From: Acidobacteriota bacterium
GTDB taxonomy: Bacteria; Acidobacteriota; Terriglobia; Versatilivoradales; Versatilivoraceae
Assembly (NCBI GenBank): GCA_028875135.1
Contig: JAPPFQ010000091.1
Span: 1-37,724, forward strand
Reading direction: 5' to 3'
Length of the DNA: 37,724 nucleotides
Of this stretch, positions 7,059-15,669 are shown piece by piece. The position numbers and the translations under genes are program-made. Each line of letters opens with the position of its first letter. Position 1 is the stretch's first letter. The notes beneath the pieces were generated by a model. It was not told the DNA's origin and did no database searches. It saw only the letters and a list, made by a program, of their open reading frames with translations.

Positions 7059-8795
7059 CTATATCCCTCGAGCTTCGGAGATGCGAAAGACATCCACGCC
7101 CGTCCGGATGCGGTTCGTTATGGGGTCAACCATTATGCCCAAGGGCCTGGCAAAACCGGAATCCAGAGACGGAGACTCTTCCACAACTTCGACTTCGTGT
7201 CCGATCCTGGCCAATCCTTCCCGGCACTCAGGATCCAGTCTCAAGTCGGCAAGGGTGACGGCTTCCGAAGTATCCACGCGAGGAGCGGCGATGGCTTGTT
7301 GAAGGCTCATCTGCCGGTCCATGAGGTTCAGCACGATCTGGGTGTTGCAACTGATGATCCGTCTCCCGCCGACAGCGCCCAGGCTGGCGAAGGGTTTTCT
7401 CTCTTTGAGCAGCAGGAGCGGCGCCATGTTGTTGAGTCCCCGTTTGAAGCCGGCAATTGAGTTGGCCGATCCCGGAACCGGATTGAAGACCACCATCCCG
7501 CTGCTGAAGAGGAGTCCGGTCCCGGATGTGATGACACGGGAGCCAAACCGGCTGACGGCCGTCTGGGTGCAGGAAACCATGTTTCGCTGTCTGTCGATCG
7601 CGGAAAAGTGAGTCGTGCACTGGTCGTCCTGCGGAGGGGAAGGAGGAGGATCCTCCAGAATGGGCGTGCCTTCCTGATAGCGCCAGGGCCGGTGCAGAGC
7701 CCTGTCGGCAAACCTGACCCAGGGTTGATCCGAAGCCTGCGCAAAAGCCGTTCTTGCGGGATCGATCAGCCGGGCGACGTCCCGGGCATAGTCAGTAGAC
7801 AAGAGAGCTTTTTCAGGGACCGGTACAAAGTCGGGATCTCCGAGAAAACGGTATCGGTCGGCGAAAGCGTGGCGAGTGGACTCAATCACAAGATGAAGGT
7901 ATTCGGCGGAATTGTGTCCCAGTTCAGCTAAATCAAAATGCTCGAGAATCTTCAGGGCTTGCAGAGTCGTCGTACACCCGCTGGGTCCGGGCATTCCCAG
8001 GATCTCGTGGTTCCGGCACCTGATTGTCACCGGCTCTGTCGCCACGACTTCGTAACGGCCGAAGTCTTCCGCCCTGAGCAGACCGCCATTCTTCTTCATG
8101 TCCGCTTCAACGGTGTGCGGCAGTTCTCCGCGATACAGGCCCCTCGCGCCTTGACGGGCAATCAGTCGCAGAACCTGGCCCAGATCGGCTTGTATCACCC
8201 GATCCACGCCGCTGACCGGAGGATATCCATCCCGCAGAAAGATCCGCGCGGGAACCCGGTATTTCACGAAATCTCCCATGACTTCGGCAATCTGCTGCGT
8301 CGTCAGCCAGTTGGCGACAAACCCCTGCTCCGCGTAATGAATCGCCGGCTCCAGAAGTCGTTGTAGAGGAAGGCTTCCATAGAGCTGGTGCGCTCGACAC
8401 AGGCCCGCAGTGACGCCGGGGACGCCGATCGCCTCGTAGCCGGAGACATTGGCCCGATTCTCAACCTCGAAAAGCCCGATTACCTCTCGGGTTCGACCGA
8501 TGACGCGGTACATCTCGGGAGTGGCAGCCGCCGGAGCACGATGGCTGAAATCAAGGGCCAGACTGGCTTGCTGCTCGGCCATGTGGATGAGCATCTGCCC
8601 GTGACCGGCAATGGAAGAGGCCCAGGGCTCCACCACGGCCAGACAGAAACCCATGGCAACCGTGGCGTCAACGGCGTTTCCACCTTCAGACAGGATTTGG
8701 ACCCCCACCTCGGAAGCCAAGGGATGGGAGGTCACAACCGCTCCAAAATCGGATACAACCTCGTCCTTGACGGGTCGCCAGATACTGCGTTTCAC
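7059..8795 (-). CDS. gamma-glutamyltransferase-family Ntn hydrolase, no signal peptide (copy 1)
   Basis: The N-terminus GAVVTSHPLASEVGVQILSEGGNAVDATVA is typical of the GGT family. The autoprocessing/nucleophile site is DDQCTTHFSAIDRQRNMV (T-T-H-F/Y-S). The C-terminal GGRRIISCNTQIVLNLMDRQMSLQQAIAAPR is also family-typical. Confidence 0.9.
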   Translation of the reverse strand: MKRSIWRPVKDEVVSDFGAVVTSHPLASEVGVQILSEGGNAVDATVAMGFCLAVVEPWASSIAGHGQMLIHMAEQQASLALDFSHRAPAAATPEMYRVIGRTREVIGLFEVENRANVSGYEAIGVPGVTAGLCRAHQLYGSLPLQRLLEPAIHYAEQGFVANWLTTQQIAEVMGDFVKYRVPARIFLRDGYPPVSGVDRVIQADLGQVLRLIARQGARGLYRGELPHTVEADMKKNGGLLRAEDFGRYEVVATEPVTIRCRNHEILGMPGPSGCTTTLQALKILEHFDLAELGHNSAEYLHLVIESTRHAFADRYRFLGDPDFVPVPEKALLSTDYARDVARLIDPARTAFAQASDQPWVRFADRALHRPWRYQEGTPILEDPPPSPPQDDQCTTHFSAIDRQRNMVSCTQTAVSRFGSRVITSGTGLLFSSGMVVFNPVPGSANSIAGFKRGLNNMAPLLLLKERKPFASLGAVGGRRIISCNTQIVLNLMDRQMSLQQAIAAPRVDTSEAVTLADLRLDPECREGLARIGHEVEVVEESPSLDSGFARPLGIMVDPITNRIRTGVDVFRISEARGI

Positions 8796-9029
8796 CCCAG
8801 TTCCCTTTGCCTCGCAAAGTTGACGCGCATCCTGCTTTCTGCTGCGTCAGCTCTTGCAGCCGTGGTCAATAGTCGACACGGCATTCGACCGGGTCCGCGC
8901 CACCGCGGACGGCGTAATTCCCAGGTCATAAACGGTCGAGTTCGCGCCCTCGTCGCGTCTTGTTCGGCGAGTGCGCCGCCGGTCTCGGTGCTACGCGGGA
9001 CTCTCACCACGGGACGATTCACCCTGTCC

Positions 9030-9812
9030 CTACGAGGACGCCGATTCGCGAGCGTATGCTCTCAATCTCTCCAGATCTGCCTTCAAGCCCTCAATGCCCT
9101 GAATGATAAGGCCACCGATCACAATGAACCGGTACCCGGCATCATAGGCCTTTCTGCCGGCCTCGAATCCTCTCAAGGTGATGCCGCTGGCTTTTCCGCA
9201 ACTCGCGGCCCGGCGGGGAAATTCCTCCAAGAAGCCTTGAATCTCGGGATGCTCCAATTGGCCGATATGACCCAGGGCCGCAGTAATGTCCAAGGGGCCG
9301 GCAAAGAGCACGTCGACTCCCTCGACGGCAGCAATTTCCTCCAGGTTGTCGATCGCTTCGCGGCTCTCAATTTGCACGATGACACACGTCTCCTGATTGG
9401 CCGCCGGCAGATACTCTTCATAGGAAACGTCCATGAAGAAAGTCCACCAGGGGGAGACGCCGCGTGAGCCTTCGGGAGGATATTTGGCATATTGAACAGC
9501 CCGGCGGGCCTCTTCGGCATTGTTGATCTGGGGCAACATCACCCCCGCAGCACCGACGTCGAGAGCCTTCTTTATGAGTTGCGGATCCAGTCCGGCCACC
9601 CGCACGATGGGAACACACCCCTTCATCCGGCAAAGCACCGGAATCCATGGGATATCGGTCGCGTCATAGGGTCGATGTTCCGTATCGATCCAGAGAAAGT
9701 CGATGCCCGTATCCACAGTCAGTTTGGCAATGAAATCGGACCGGTCGGGGAGTCCTGCTCCCCAGGCAGCCTTCCCCTCGGCCAAAAGCGTCTTTACTTT
9801 GTTCTCAAACAT
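9030..9812 (-). CDS. HpcH/HpaI-family class II (metal-dependent) 2-keto-3-deoxy-acid aldolase
   Basis: Motifs present are DFLWIDTEHRPYD, IVRV, VMLPQINNAEEARRAV.YAKYPP.G.RG and VIVQIESREAIDNLEEIAAVEGVDVLFAGPLDIT. The last carries the family's E and D metal ligands. Confidence 0.9.
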   Translation of the reverse strand: MFENKVKTLLAEGKAAWGAGLPDRSDFIAKLTVDTGIDFLWIDTEHRPYDATDIPWIPVLCRMKGCVPIVRVAGLDPQLIKKALDVGAAGVMLPQINNAEEARRAVQYAKYPPEGSRGVSPWWTFFMDVSYEEYLPAANQETCVIVQIESREAIDNLEEIAAVEGVDVLFAGPLDITAALGHIGQLEHPEIQGFLEEFPRRAASCGKASGITLRGFEAGRKAYDAGYRFIVIGGLIIQGIEGLKADLERLRAYARESASS

Positions 9813-9867
9813 TTATAATTTATACTCCCTGGAAGAAGCTTATCACGAACCGGGGACTCAGATTCTC

Positions 9868-10467
9868 GTGGCTGAATCGGAACAGACCAAACCCGTACAA
9901 ATCAACCCGGGCCGTCTGTTGTGGTCGGGCGAGCACTGGATCAACGGCCTCCAGTCTCCGGAAGGCGAGATTCCCAGCGCCTGGGTGAGCCTCTACCACA
10001 CACGCTACAGTCCGGCCGGTGAAGGTAATACGGCCCAGATCGTCATTCGGGCGGACCGCCAGCTGAGCCTGATATGTGTCGATGTCCCGGAGGTAGGGAG
10101 GTTTACCCAAGACAATTTCCTGATTCGAAGCACGTTCCAGGATCCGAAGGCTCCCATTGTGCAAGCTCGTTTCTTTCGTGAAGGAGACATCCGAAGGGAC
10201 CCGGCCTGGGTCATCGAAACCCACGAGCACCGAATCGTGGCCCGATGGTGGGTTACGGAGCCACCGGTTATCGCCCAAGGCACCTTTCGTCCCGGCACCG
10301 AACATTTCACAGCTTTATTCTTTACCGAGCGGGCCTCAGTCGAAGTCGACGGTCAGCCGATTCCGGGAAACCCGTTCTTGAGAGACATCTGGGAGCCTTA
10401 CCTGCCGGGAGCTCGCAGTTCCTGCGTCTTTGCGCTGGCCGAGACCTTGATCGAGCTACCTCCTTGA
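9868..10467 (+). CDS. hypothetical protein (~200 aa), unknown function; start uncertain
   Basis: It reads like a real protein (...HRIVARWWVTEPPVIAQGTFRPGTEHFTALFFTERASVEVDGQPIPGNPF...). The longest form (9703) would overlap the aldolase gene by 110 nt. The in-frame GTG at 9868 lies downstream of a GGGGA. I recognise no family. Confidence 0.5.
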   Translation: MAESEQTKPVQINPGRLLWSGEHWINGLQSPEGEIPSAWVSLYHTRYSPAGEGNTAQIVIRADRQLSLICVDVPEVGRFTQDNFLIRSTFQDPKAPIVQARFFREGDIRRDPAWVIETHEHRIVARWWVTEPPVIAQGTFRPGTEHFTALFFTERASVEVDGQPIPGNPFLRDIWEPYLPGARSSCVFALAETLIELPP

Positions 10468-10685
10468 ACCGCTATCTCAATTTGCCGGACTCGGCGCCAA
10501 GACTGGTGGCATTGACTTTACGACCGCCTTGCGTCGCTTGAGCGCGCGGCCCGGACTGCCGCTTCAACCCGGCTTTTCTACATCATGCTGAGAAAGGGAC
10601 TCTTCATCTATTGGAGGTGGAAGCACATTGAGGACCCGAGCGTGAACGGTCGCGACCACTTTTTTCGAGCCAATAGGAGGGAAAG

Positions 10686-11471
10686 ATGAGGGGAGTGGGC
10701 AAATACTCCGTTTGGTTGGGTGTTTTTCTGCTGATCACACTCAGTTTGCCGGCCGAGGTCATTTTCCGAGAAAGCTTCGATCAGGGAGCGGGAGGATGGA
10801 CTACCGGGAAAAACAAGACCCATACCCAGGGAGAGACTTGGCACCGCAACATTCTTGGCTATTACGGCGAGCCTGTGTTTCTGAAGTGGAGCCCAAGCGG
10901 CGGACGCTCCGGAGGATACGCCACTGCCGAATCACCCTGGTACTTCGACGATAACCACGGAGAATTCGGGTGGCTGTACCTGGTCTTCGGCAAGCGCACG
11001 GGCTGGTCCACATACCCGGTGGACGAAGCGGCGCCGACGACCGGGAAAGACGTACGGAATGCCACGGTTCGACTCTCGCTGCGGGGGAGAGATATGCAGT
11101 TGAAGGGAACCAGGTTCTACTATTGGAATCAGGCTCCTCCCGCGAAAGGCCCCTGGGTCTACCGATGCTGGGCTTTGACCTCCGTTCCTCTCGAGGGTTA
11201 CTTGACGGATGGAAATTGGCACGACGTCAGCTTCACACTGGATCCCCATGAAAGCAAATGGAGCTTCATGGGGTTGATCAATGGTGGGCTGCGAAAGAGG
11301 ATCCGCGTGATTCAAAGTCTTTCCTTTGGGCAGGGGACATTGGAAGAAGTTCTGGGCGACGGCAAACTCTACAACTGGGGCTTTATTCTCGTAGATGTGG
11401 ATCCCCTGGATCCTCCCTCCGGAAAGATCGACATCGATCAATTCAGCATCACCCTCAGCGGCGAGGAGTGA
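10686..11471 (+). CDS. secreted protein of unknown function, novel paralogous family (member P2)
   Basis: AGGAGGG lies upstream of the ATG. The signal peptide is MRGVGKYSVWLGVFLLITLSLPAE. It carries the same conserved blocks as P1 and P3. It is in tandem with P3, and both lie upstream of a propeller lipoprotein gene. Confidence 0.9.
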   Translation: MRGVGKYSVWLGVFLLITLSLPAEVIFRESFDQGAGGWTTGKNKTHTQGETWHRNILGYYGEPVFLKWSPSGGRSGGYATAESPWYFDDNHGEFGWLYLVFGKRTGWSTYPVDEAAPTTGKDVRNATVRLSLRGRDMQLKGTRFYYWNQAPPAKGPWVYRCWALTSVPLEGYLTDGNWHDVSFTLDPHESKWSFMGLINGGLRKRIRVIQSLSFGQGTLEEVLGDGKLYNWGFILVDVDPLDPPSGKIDIDQFSITLSGEE

Positions 11472-11508
11472 GGAACATAATTTCACGCTCCGGTCAGACA
11501 GGTGGCTA

Positions 11509-12402
11509 ATGAAACAAAATTTGACCAAGAAAATAGGACTCGTGGTTTTCTTCACATCAGTGTTCCATCCTGTGGCCGGCCAAGCGGCAGGTGCAAAGCC
11601 GGCATTGGGGAACGTCGTAGCTGCGCACGGCTTTGACCGGGGACCGGAAGCCTGGCACGTGGGAAAAGACAAGACCCATACCCGTGGCGTCACTTGGCAT
11701 CGCAATATCCTGGGCTTCTACGGAGAGCCGGTTTTTCTGAAGTGGCGTGAGAGAGGAGGCCGTTCGGGTGGGTTCGCCTATTCCGAGTCGCCCTGGTACT
11801 TCGATGACAATCACGGCCACTTCGGCTGGCTGCACTTGATCGCCAACCGATACACGGAGCCTGAGAAGCAGGGAAGACCGGGAGAACCAAGTCCGGTGGT
11901 GGGTCAGGACCTGCGCAATGCCATCGTCAGGGTGTCCCTGCGCGGGCGAGACGTGGAGCTGAAGGGAACCAAACTGTACTTTTGGCTGGGGGGAAGTGCT
12001 CCTCCGATTCGCAACACCTCTCCGGCAGACAAACGGCCCAGATCCACCGTCAGTTCTCTTCGGCGGGAGGGACACCGCTGGTGGGCACTGACCTCGGTCC
12101 CGCTGGAAGCCCACTTGACGGATGGGAAGTGGCACGATGTGGAGTTCCAATTGGAACCCGACGAGCGCAAGTGGACCTATTTGGGTTTGATAAACGGAGG
12201 TCTGCGCAAGAAGATCCAGATTCGACAAAGTCTCAGCTTTGGAGACGGATCACTTCCATACGTTCTGGGCAACGGCAAAATTTACGTTTTCGGATTCATT
12301 CTGGTTGAAGTGGATCCTTTGGATCAGCCGAAGGGCATGATTGATTTGGACGAATTCAGCATCGCCACATTTCCTTCCAATCCTCCGCTGCCGAAACCAT
12401 GA
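11509..12402 (+). CDS. secreted protein of unknown function, novel paralogous family (member P3, with extra basic insert)
   Basis: The ATG at 11509 gives MKQNLTKKIGLVVFFTSVFHPVAGQAAG (signal-like). The longer ORF form (11395) would overlap P2. It carries the family blocks as in P1 and P2. An insert GGSAPPIRNTSPADKRPRSTVSSLRREGHR (about nt 11989-12078) replaces a ~12-aa loop. Confidence 0.85.
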   Translation: MKQNLTKKIGLVVFFTSVFHPVAGQAAGAKPALGNVVAAHGFDRGPEAWHVGKDKTHTRGVTWHRNILGFYGEPVFLKWRERGGRSGGFAYSESPWYFDDNHGHFGWLHLIANRYTEPEKQGRPGEPSPVVGQDLRNAIVRVSLRGRDVELKGTKLYFWLGGSAPPIRNTSPADKRPRSTVSSLRREGHRWWALTSVPLEAHLTDGKWHDVEFQLEPDERKWTYLGLINGGLRKKIQIRQSLSFGDGSLPYVLGNGKIYVFGFILVEVDPLDQPKGMIDLDEFSIATFPSNPPLPKP

Positions 12403-12457
12403 CGAGAAAACGTGTTTTGTCCTTTCTGACCGAGCATTCTCAATAGGGGATAAGACG

Positions 12458-13894
12458 ATGAAGAGAACAATTGCCGCCAGCTTGCTCTGTCTCTCGGTTC
12501 TGAGCAACTGCCAGACCGGCGTAGAAACCACGGAGAAGGAGCTGGCCGCCCGGGCACCACGCGTCGAGCTGGGTCCGCCGGTAATAGTCATGCTGGGTCC
12601 CCCAGGCGATCTGCGTTGGGGTTATTACGCTTTTCCGGACATGTGGAGGGCCCCGGGCGGAGAGCTGTACCTGGCAGTAAACGTGGGTGAGGACGCCAAC
12701 GACGTCGGGGAACGCGAGCCCACCCGATTCTTCGTCTCCCGGGATAATGGAGAATCCTGGCAGCCGATACGGGAAGATCAGGTGGACTTCTCTCCAGATG
12801 TCATTGCCCTGCCGAGTGGTGAGCAGGTGGCCTTCGGCACTGAAAAGTATGTCTATCATTATTCGACCTACGGACCTCGGCCGCGGGAATTCCACAGCCT
12901 GGATGAGCTTGGTCTCAAACTTGCCTTCACAACCAAGAAACCTGGCCTGATTGCGGCTCATTATCGTTACGCCGACCTGCCTGAGAGGCTGACCCGGATC
13001 CCCGTTAAGCGCCGTAAAGGACCGAATGCTCCCTGGCAGGACGAATATGCTCATTTTGACTCGTCCGACCTGCTGCTGCGTACCCCGATCGGTGCCCCGG
13101 ACGCCAAAGGAGATTGGCATGAAATAGCGCCTATGATCTCAACGACGCCGCGGGATGCAGCCTCCGTCCTGTGGCCGGACCGGTTGGTCGTGCTGCCCGA
13201 CGGCACGCTCCTCTGGCCACTCGCCAGTCAGGATCCACGCATTCAGAGTATGTTCTTTCGCGTCCAATGTGTCGCTTCCAGCGACGGGGGACAGACTTGG
13301 GGAATCCGTGGCACGATCGCCGATCAGCTGGAGCTGGCCGATTGGGGGTACGGCTGCGGCGAGCAATCACTGCAGAGGATGCCCGACGGGGATCTACTGT
13401 GCATTATGCGTACCCGGATGGCGGGCAACACGCTGGGAACGCGTCCCTTTACGAAGGTGGTGCATTCGCTGGCCGCGGCGCGCTCCTCGGATAACGGCTA
13501 CACCTGGAGCAGGCCGGAGGCGATTGCGCCCTTCAGCGTCACGCCCCACTTGCGCACCTTGGACAACGGCACCGTTGCGGTCGTGTATGGGAGGCCAGGC
13601 GTGCATGTTCGCGCTTCGGCGGACAGCGGAAGGACCTGGACCAATGCCTTTCCGCTGGTGGGCCCCGTGGAGGCGCAGTTGATGGCCGAGTCCAGAGAAG
13701 AGCGCATGGCCCTGAGCCACGCCGGACACGGCTCCGCCCAAACCAGGGTCATCAGCTGCAGCAATACGGATGTGGTCGTCACGGGATCCGACCGGTTCAT
13801 CGTTGCGTATTCCGACTTTCAGTACAGAGATGAGCAGGGCCGGCAGCGAAAAGCGATCAAGGTCAGAGAAGTGATCGTCGAAATGCCAATCTAG
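12458..13894 (+). CDS. BNR/Asp-box repeat beta-propeller protein, predicted lipoprotein; subfamily A (paralogue of 841-2244)
   Basis: The ATG at 12458 gives MKRTIAASLLCLSVLSNC (lipobox-like). Asp-boxes are SRDNGESWQP, SSDGGQTWGI, SSDNGYTWSR and SADSGRTWTN. It has long identical runs with 841-2244 (FVSR..G.SWQPI...QVDFSPD, GEQVAFGTEKYVYHYS, GRPGVHVRASADSGRTW, GRQRKAIKVREVIV). Confidence 0.9.
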   Translation: MKRTIAASLLCLSVLSNCQTGVETTEKELAARAPRVELGPPVIVMLGPPGDLRWGYYAFPDMWRAPGGELYLAVNVGEDANDVGEREPTRFFVSRDNGESWQPIREDQVDFSPDVIALPSGEQVAFGTEKYVYHYSTYGPRPREFHSLDELGLKLAFTTKKPGLIAAHYRYADLPERLTRIPVKRRKGPNAPWQDEYAHFDSSDLLLRTPIGAPDAKGDWHEIAPMISTTPRDAASVLWPDRLVVLPDGTLLWPLASQDPRIQSMFFRVQCVASSDGGQTWGIRGTIADQLELADWGYGCGEQSLQRMPDGDLLCIMRTRMAGNTLGTRPFTKVVHSLAAARSSDNGYTWSRPEAIAPFSVTPHLRTLDNGTVAVVYGRPGVHVRASADSGRTWTNAFPLVGPVEAQLMAESREERMALSHAGHGSAQTRVISCSNTDVVVTGSDRFIVAYSDFQYRDEQGRQRKAIKVREVIVEMPI

Positions 13895-14053
13895 TCCGAA
13901 ATTCTCACCACGCCGTTGAGTGATCGGAGAAGACGCATTTTTTGAGGAAACAGCGATTGTTGCGGAGCAGCCTCCTGGGGACCGACCGAGCTGGGCGCGC
14001 CCTCGCTGGTCTTTTCCTGACCAGGGGAGCGTCCGGCTCTCCCCCGCCCCGTA

Positions 14054-15478
14054 TCAAGTCGGTCCGCCAATGGACAGAAGTTCGACGCCCTCACCCTCCT
14101 CGGGTTTTTTGATGCGGAACCGGACCGAAGTCACTTCCGATCCATGGGGGCCAAATCGGTTTTTGAAGCCTTCTCTTTGTCCGACCATGAAGATGGAGCC
14201 GTCCTCCAGAACGCAGGCGCTGGGGTAGTAAGACTTGGGATCACACTTGAAGCCGCGGCCCGGCGCCGGTTTCACCCAGGTCTTCCCATTGTCGCGGCTG
14301 TAGATCACTTCTCCGTTGTTCGGCACCTGAGGATCGTCGCTGCTGAGTTTGTGCCGACCCCCAAAGACCACGACCGATACGCCGTCGGGTGTCACCACCA
14401 GTTCACCCCTCCGGTACAACTTGGGGCCGCGATACTCGCTTCCAAAGTCAGGGTCTTCGATGATGGGGTCTGTCAGGAGCAGACGCGGCGGCGACCAGGT
14501 CTGCCCGTCGTCGTAGGACTGAAACCAAGCCGACGTCGGCCGGCAGGGGAAGGCCAGACTCCCGTCCGGCAAGTAGGCGGCGGTGCCCTCGTCCGCATCC
14601 CAGTCATTGCTCCCAATCACCGATACGGTGGACCAGGTGCGGCCCTTGTCCTCAGAGCGCATGAGGACCATGAACCAGCGGGGATCTTCGGTGGGCCAGC
14701 CGTTGCCCCCGGGAATGCAACTGCCGGCGGCGAATAGCAGCAACGCACCATCCTTGCTTTCGAACATGCTGTACGGGGCGTCCATATCGAAGGGCCCCAC
14801 GAACCTAGTCACCTCCTTCCAGGTGTGGCCGTCGTCGTCGCTTCGAAAGATCAGGGTCTTGGACTGCCGGTTGGCCATGATCCGGGCGAATTCAAGGGGC
14901 GTCGTGGGCATCTGGTTCCAGTAGCCCCAATGGGGTTTCAGCCGGACTCCCGCAATCATCGTGCCGTCACTCAGTTGAACAACGTCCCCGACGTAGTAGG
15001 CGCCAGGCACCACCGGAAACGACCGGGGACGGCTCCAGGTCTTCCCCTGGTCCCGGCTGCGGACCCACATCAACCTTCCGCCCTCGGGCGCATCCCAGTC
15101 CAGGAGCCATTCCCGATCAGGCCTTTTGATGCGTTCCCAGGCCTCCGGAGGCATGTCCCAAGGGGTGGGCCAGGAAGCGTGCCAATAACCGGCTGAGAAG
15201 GTCATGAACAGGTCGCCATTCTGCAGTCGGCAGACCGTCGGCCACCCGCAGTAACCGCCAAACCCGCGGAACGGCTCCGGTGGATTGACATCGGGGGAGA
15301 CGATGATCTGTCGATACTTCTCGAAGTCCACCCGGGGTCCATCACCCGTAATCAGGGCCTCAACCGGTGGAATGGAACTCGCGGCCGACTTCTTCTTGCC
15401 GGCACTGACAAGACTGGTGGCCGCCAAAGCGGTCGCTGACGCAGACAGATATTGCCGGCGGGTCAATTGAACACCCAT
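14054..15478 (-). CDS. BNR/Asp-box repeat beta-propeller protein with twin-arginine (Tat) signal; subfamily C, copy 1
   Basis: The ATG at 15478 is preceded by GGAGGAGG. The N-terminus is MGVQLTRRQYLSASATALAATSLV (T-R-R-x-Y-L Tat motif). Asp-boxes are SRDQGKTWSR, SDDDGHTWKE, SEDKGRTWST, SYDDGQTWSP and SRDNGKTWVK. It is very similar to 18525-19949. Confidence 0.9.
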   Translation of the reverse strand: MGVQLTRRQYLSASATALAATSLVSAGKKKSAASSIPPVEALITGDGPRVDFEKYRQIIVSPDVNPPEPFRGFGGYCGWPTVCRLQNGDLFMTFSAGYWHASWPTPWDMPPEAWERIKRPDREWLLDWDAPEGGRLMWVRSRDQGKTWSRPRSFPVVPGAYYVGDVVQLSDGTMIAGVRLKPHWGYWNQMPTTPLEFARIMANRQSKTLIFRSDDDGHTWKEVTRFVGPFDMDAPYSMFESKDGALLLFAAGSCIPGGNGWPTEDPRWFMVLMRSEDKGRTWSTVSVIGSNDWDADEGTAAYLPDGSLAFPCRPTSAWFQSYDDGQTWSPPRLLLTDPIIEDPDFGSEYRGPKLYRRGELVVTPDGVSVVVFGGRHKLSSDDPQVPNNGEVIYSRDNGKTWVKPAPGRGFKCDPKSYYPSACVLEDGSIFMVGQREGFKNRFGPHGSEVTSVRFRIKKPEEGEGVELLSIGGPT

Positions 15479-15553
15479 CACTGAACCTCCTCCTTGTGCC
15501 GATTTGAAAACGAAGGTCCCAGCCCGATTCATTCTTCGGGTAAGCCTAAGCTC

Positions 15554-15569
15554 TTTATAACATATAAAA
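15554..15569. promoter_or_regulatory. conserved AT-rich 16-mer TTTATAACATATAAAA (inverted repeat TTTATA-ACA-TATAAA), candidate promoter/operator, copy 1
   Basis: An identical 16-mer is found at 20024-20039. Each copy lies 75-91 nt upstream of the start of a subfamily-C propeller gene, while the flanking upstream sequence has diverged. It forms an AT island in GC-rich DNA, and this copy lies in a divergent intergenic region. Confidence 0.45.
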
Positions 15570-15669
15570 TCGTGCCGGGAGCCATCCCGCCCCGAGTGAT
15601 CGGTTAGGTTTGGGAGCAATATATGACCGATTTCCAGGCAGTCGAGGTGGCAAGCCAGGAGGAGGATCA

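Noticed and set aside
8796-9029. The 234-bp GC-rich gap between the aldolase and GGT genes, as a possible structured RNA or gene relic.
   Set aside because: All six frames give Arg-rich nonsense. Only a weak 6-bp stem (TGACGC...GCGTCA around 8820-8848) is present, and I recognise no motif.
13895-14053. Candidate intrinsic terminators in convergent gaps: CTGGTC-N7-GACCAG at 14006-14024, CGGTT-N10-AACCG near 28005-28024, and GCAGC-acatg-GCTGC near 33789-33803.
   Set aside because: The stems are short (5-6 bp) and none is followed by a U-tract on the relevant strand. They are not supportable as terminators from sequence alone.
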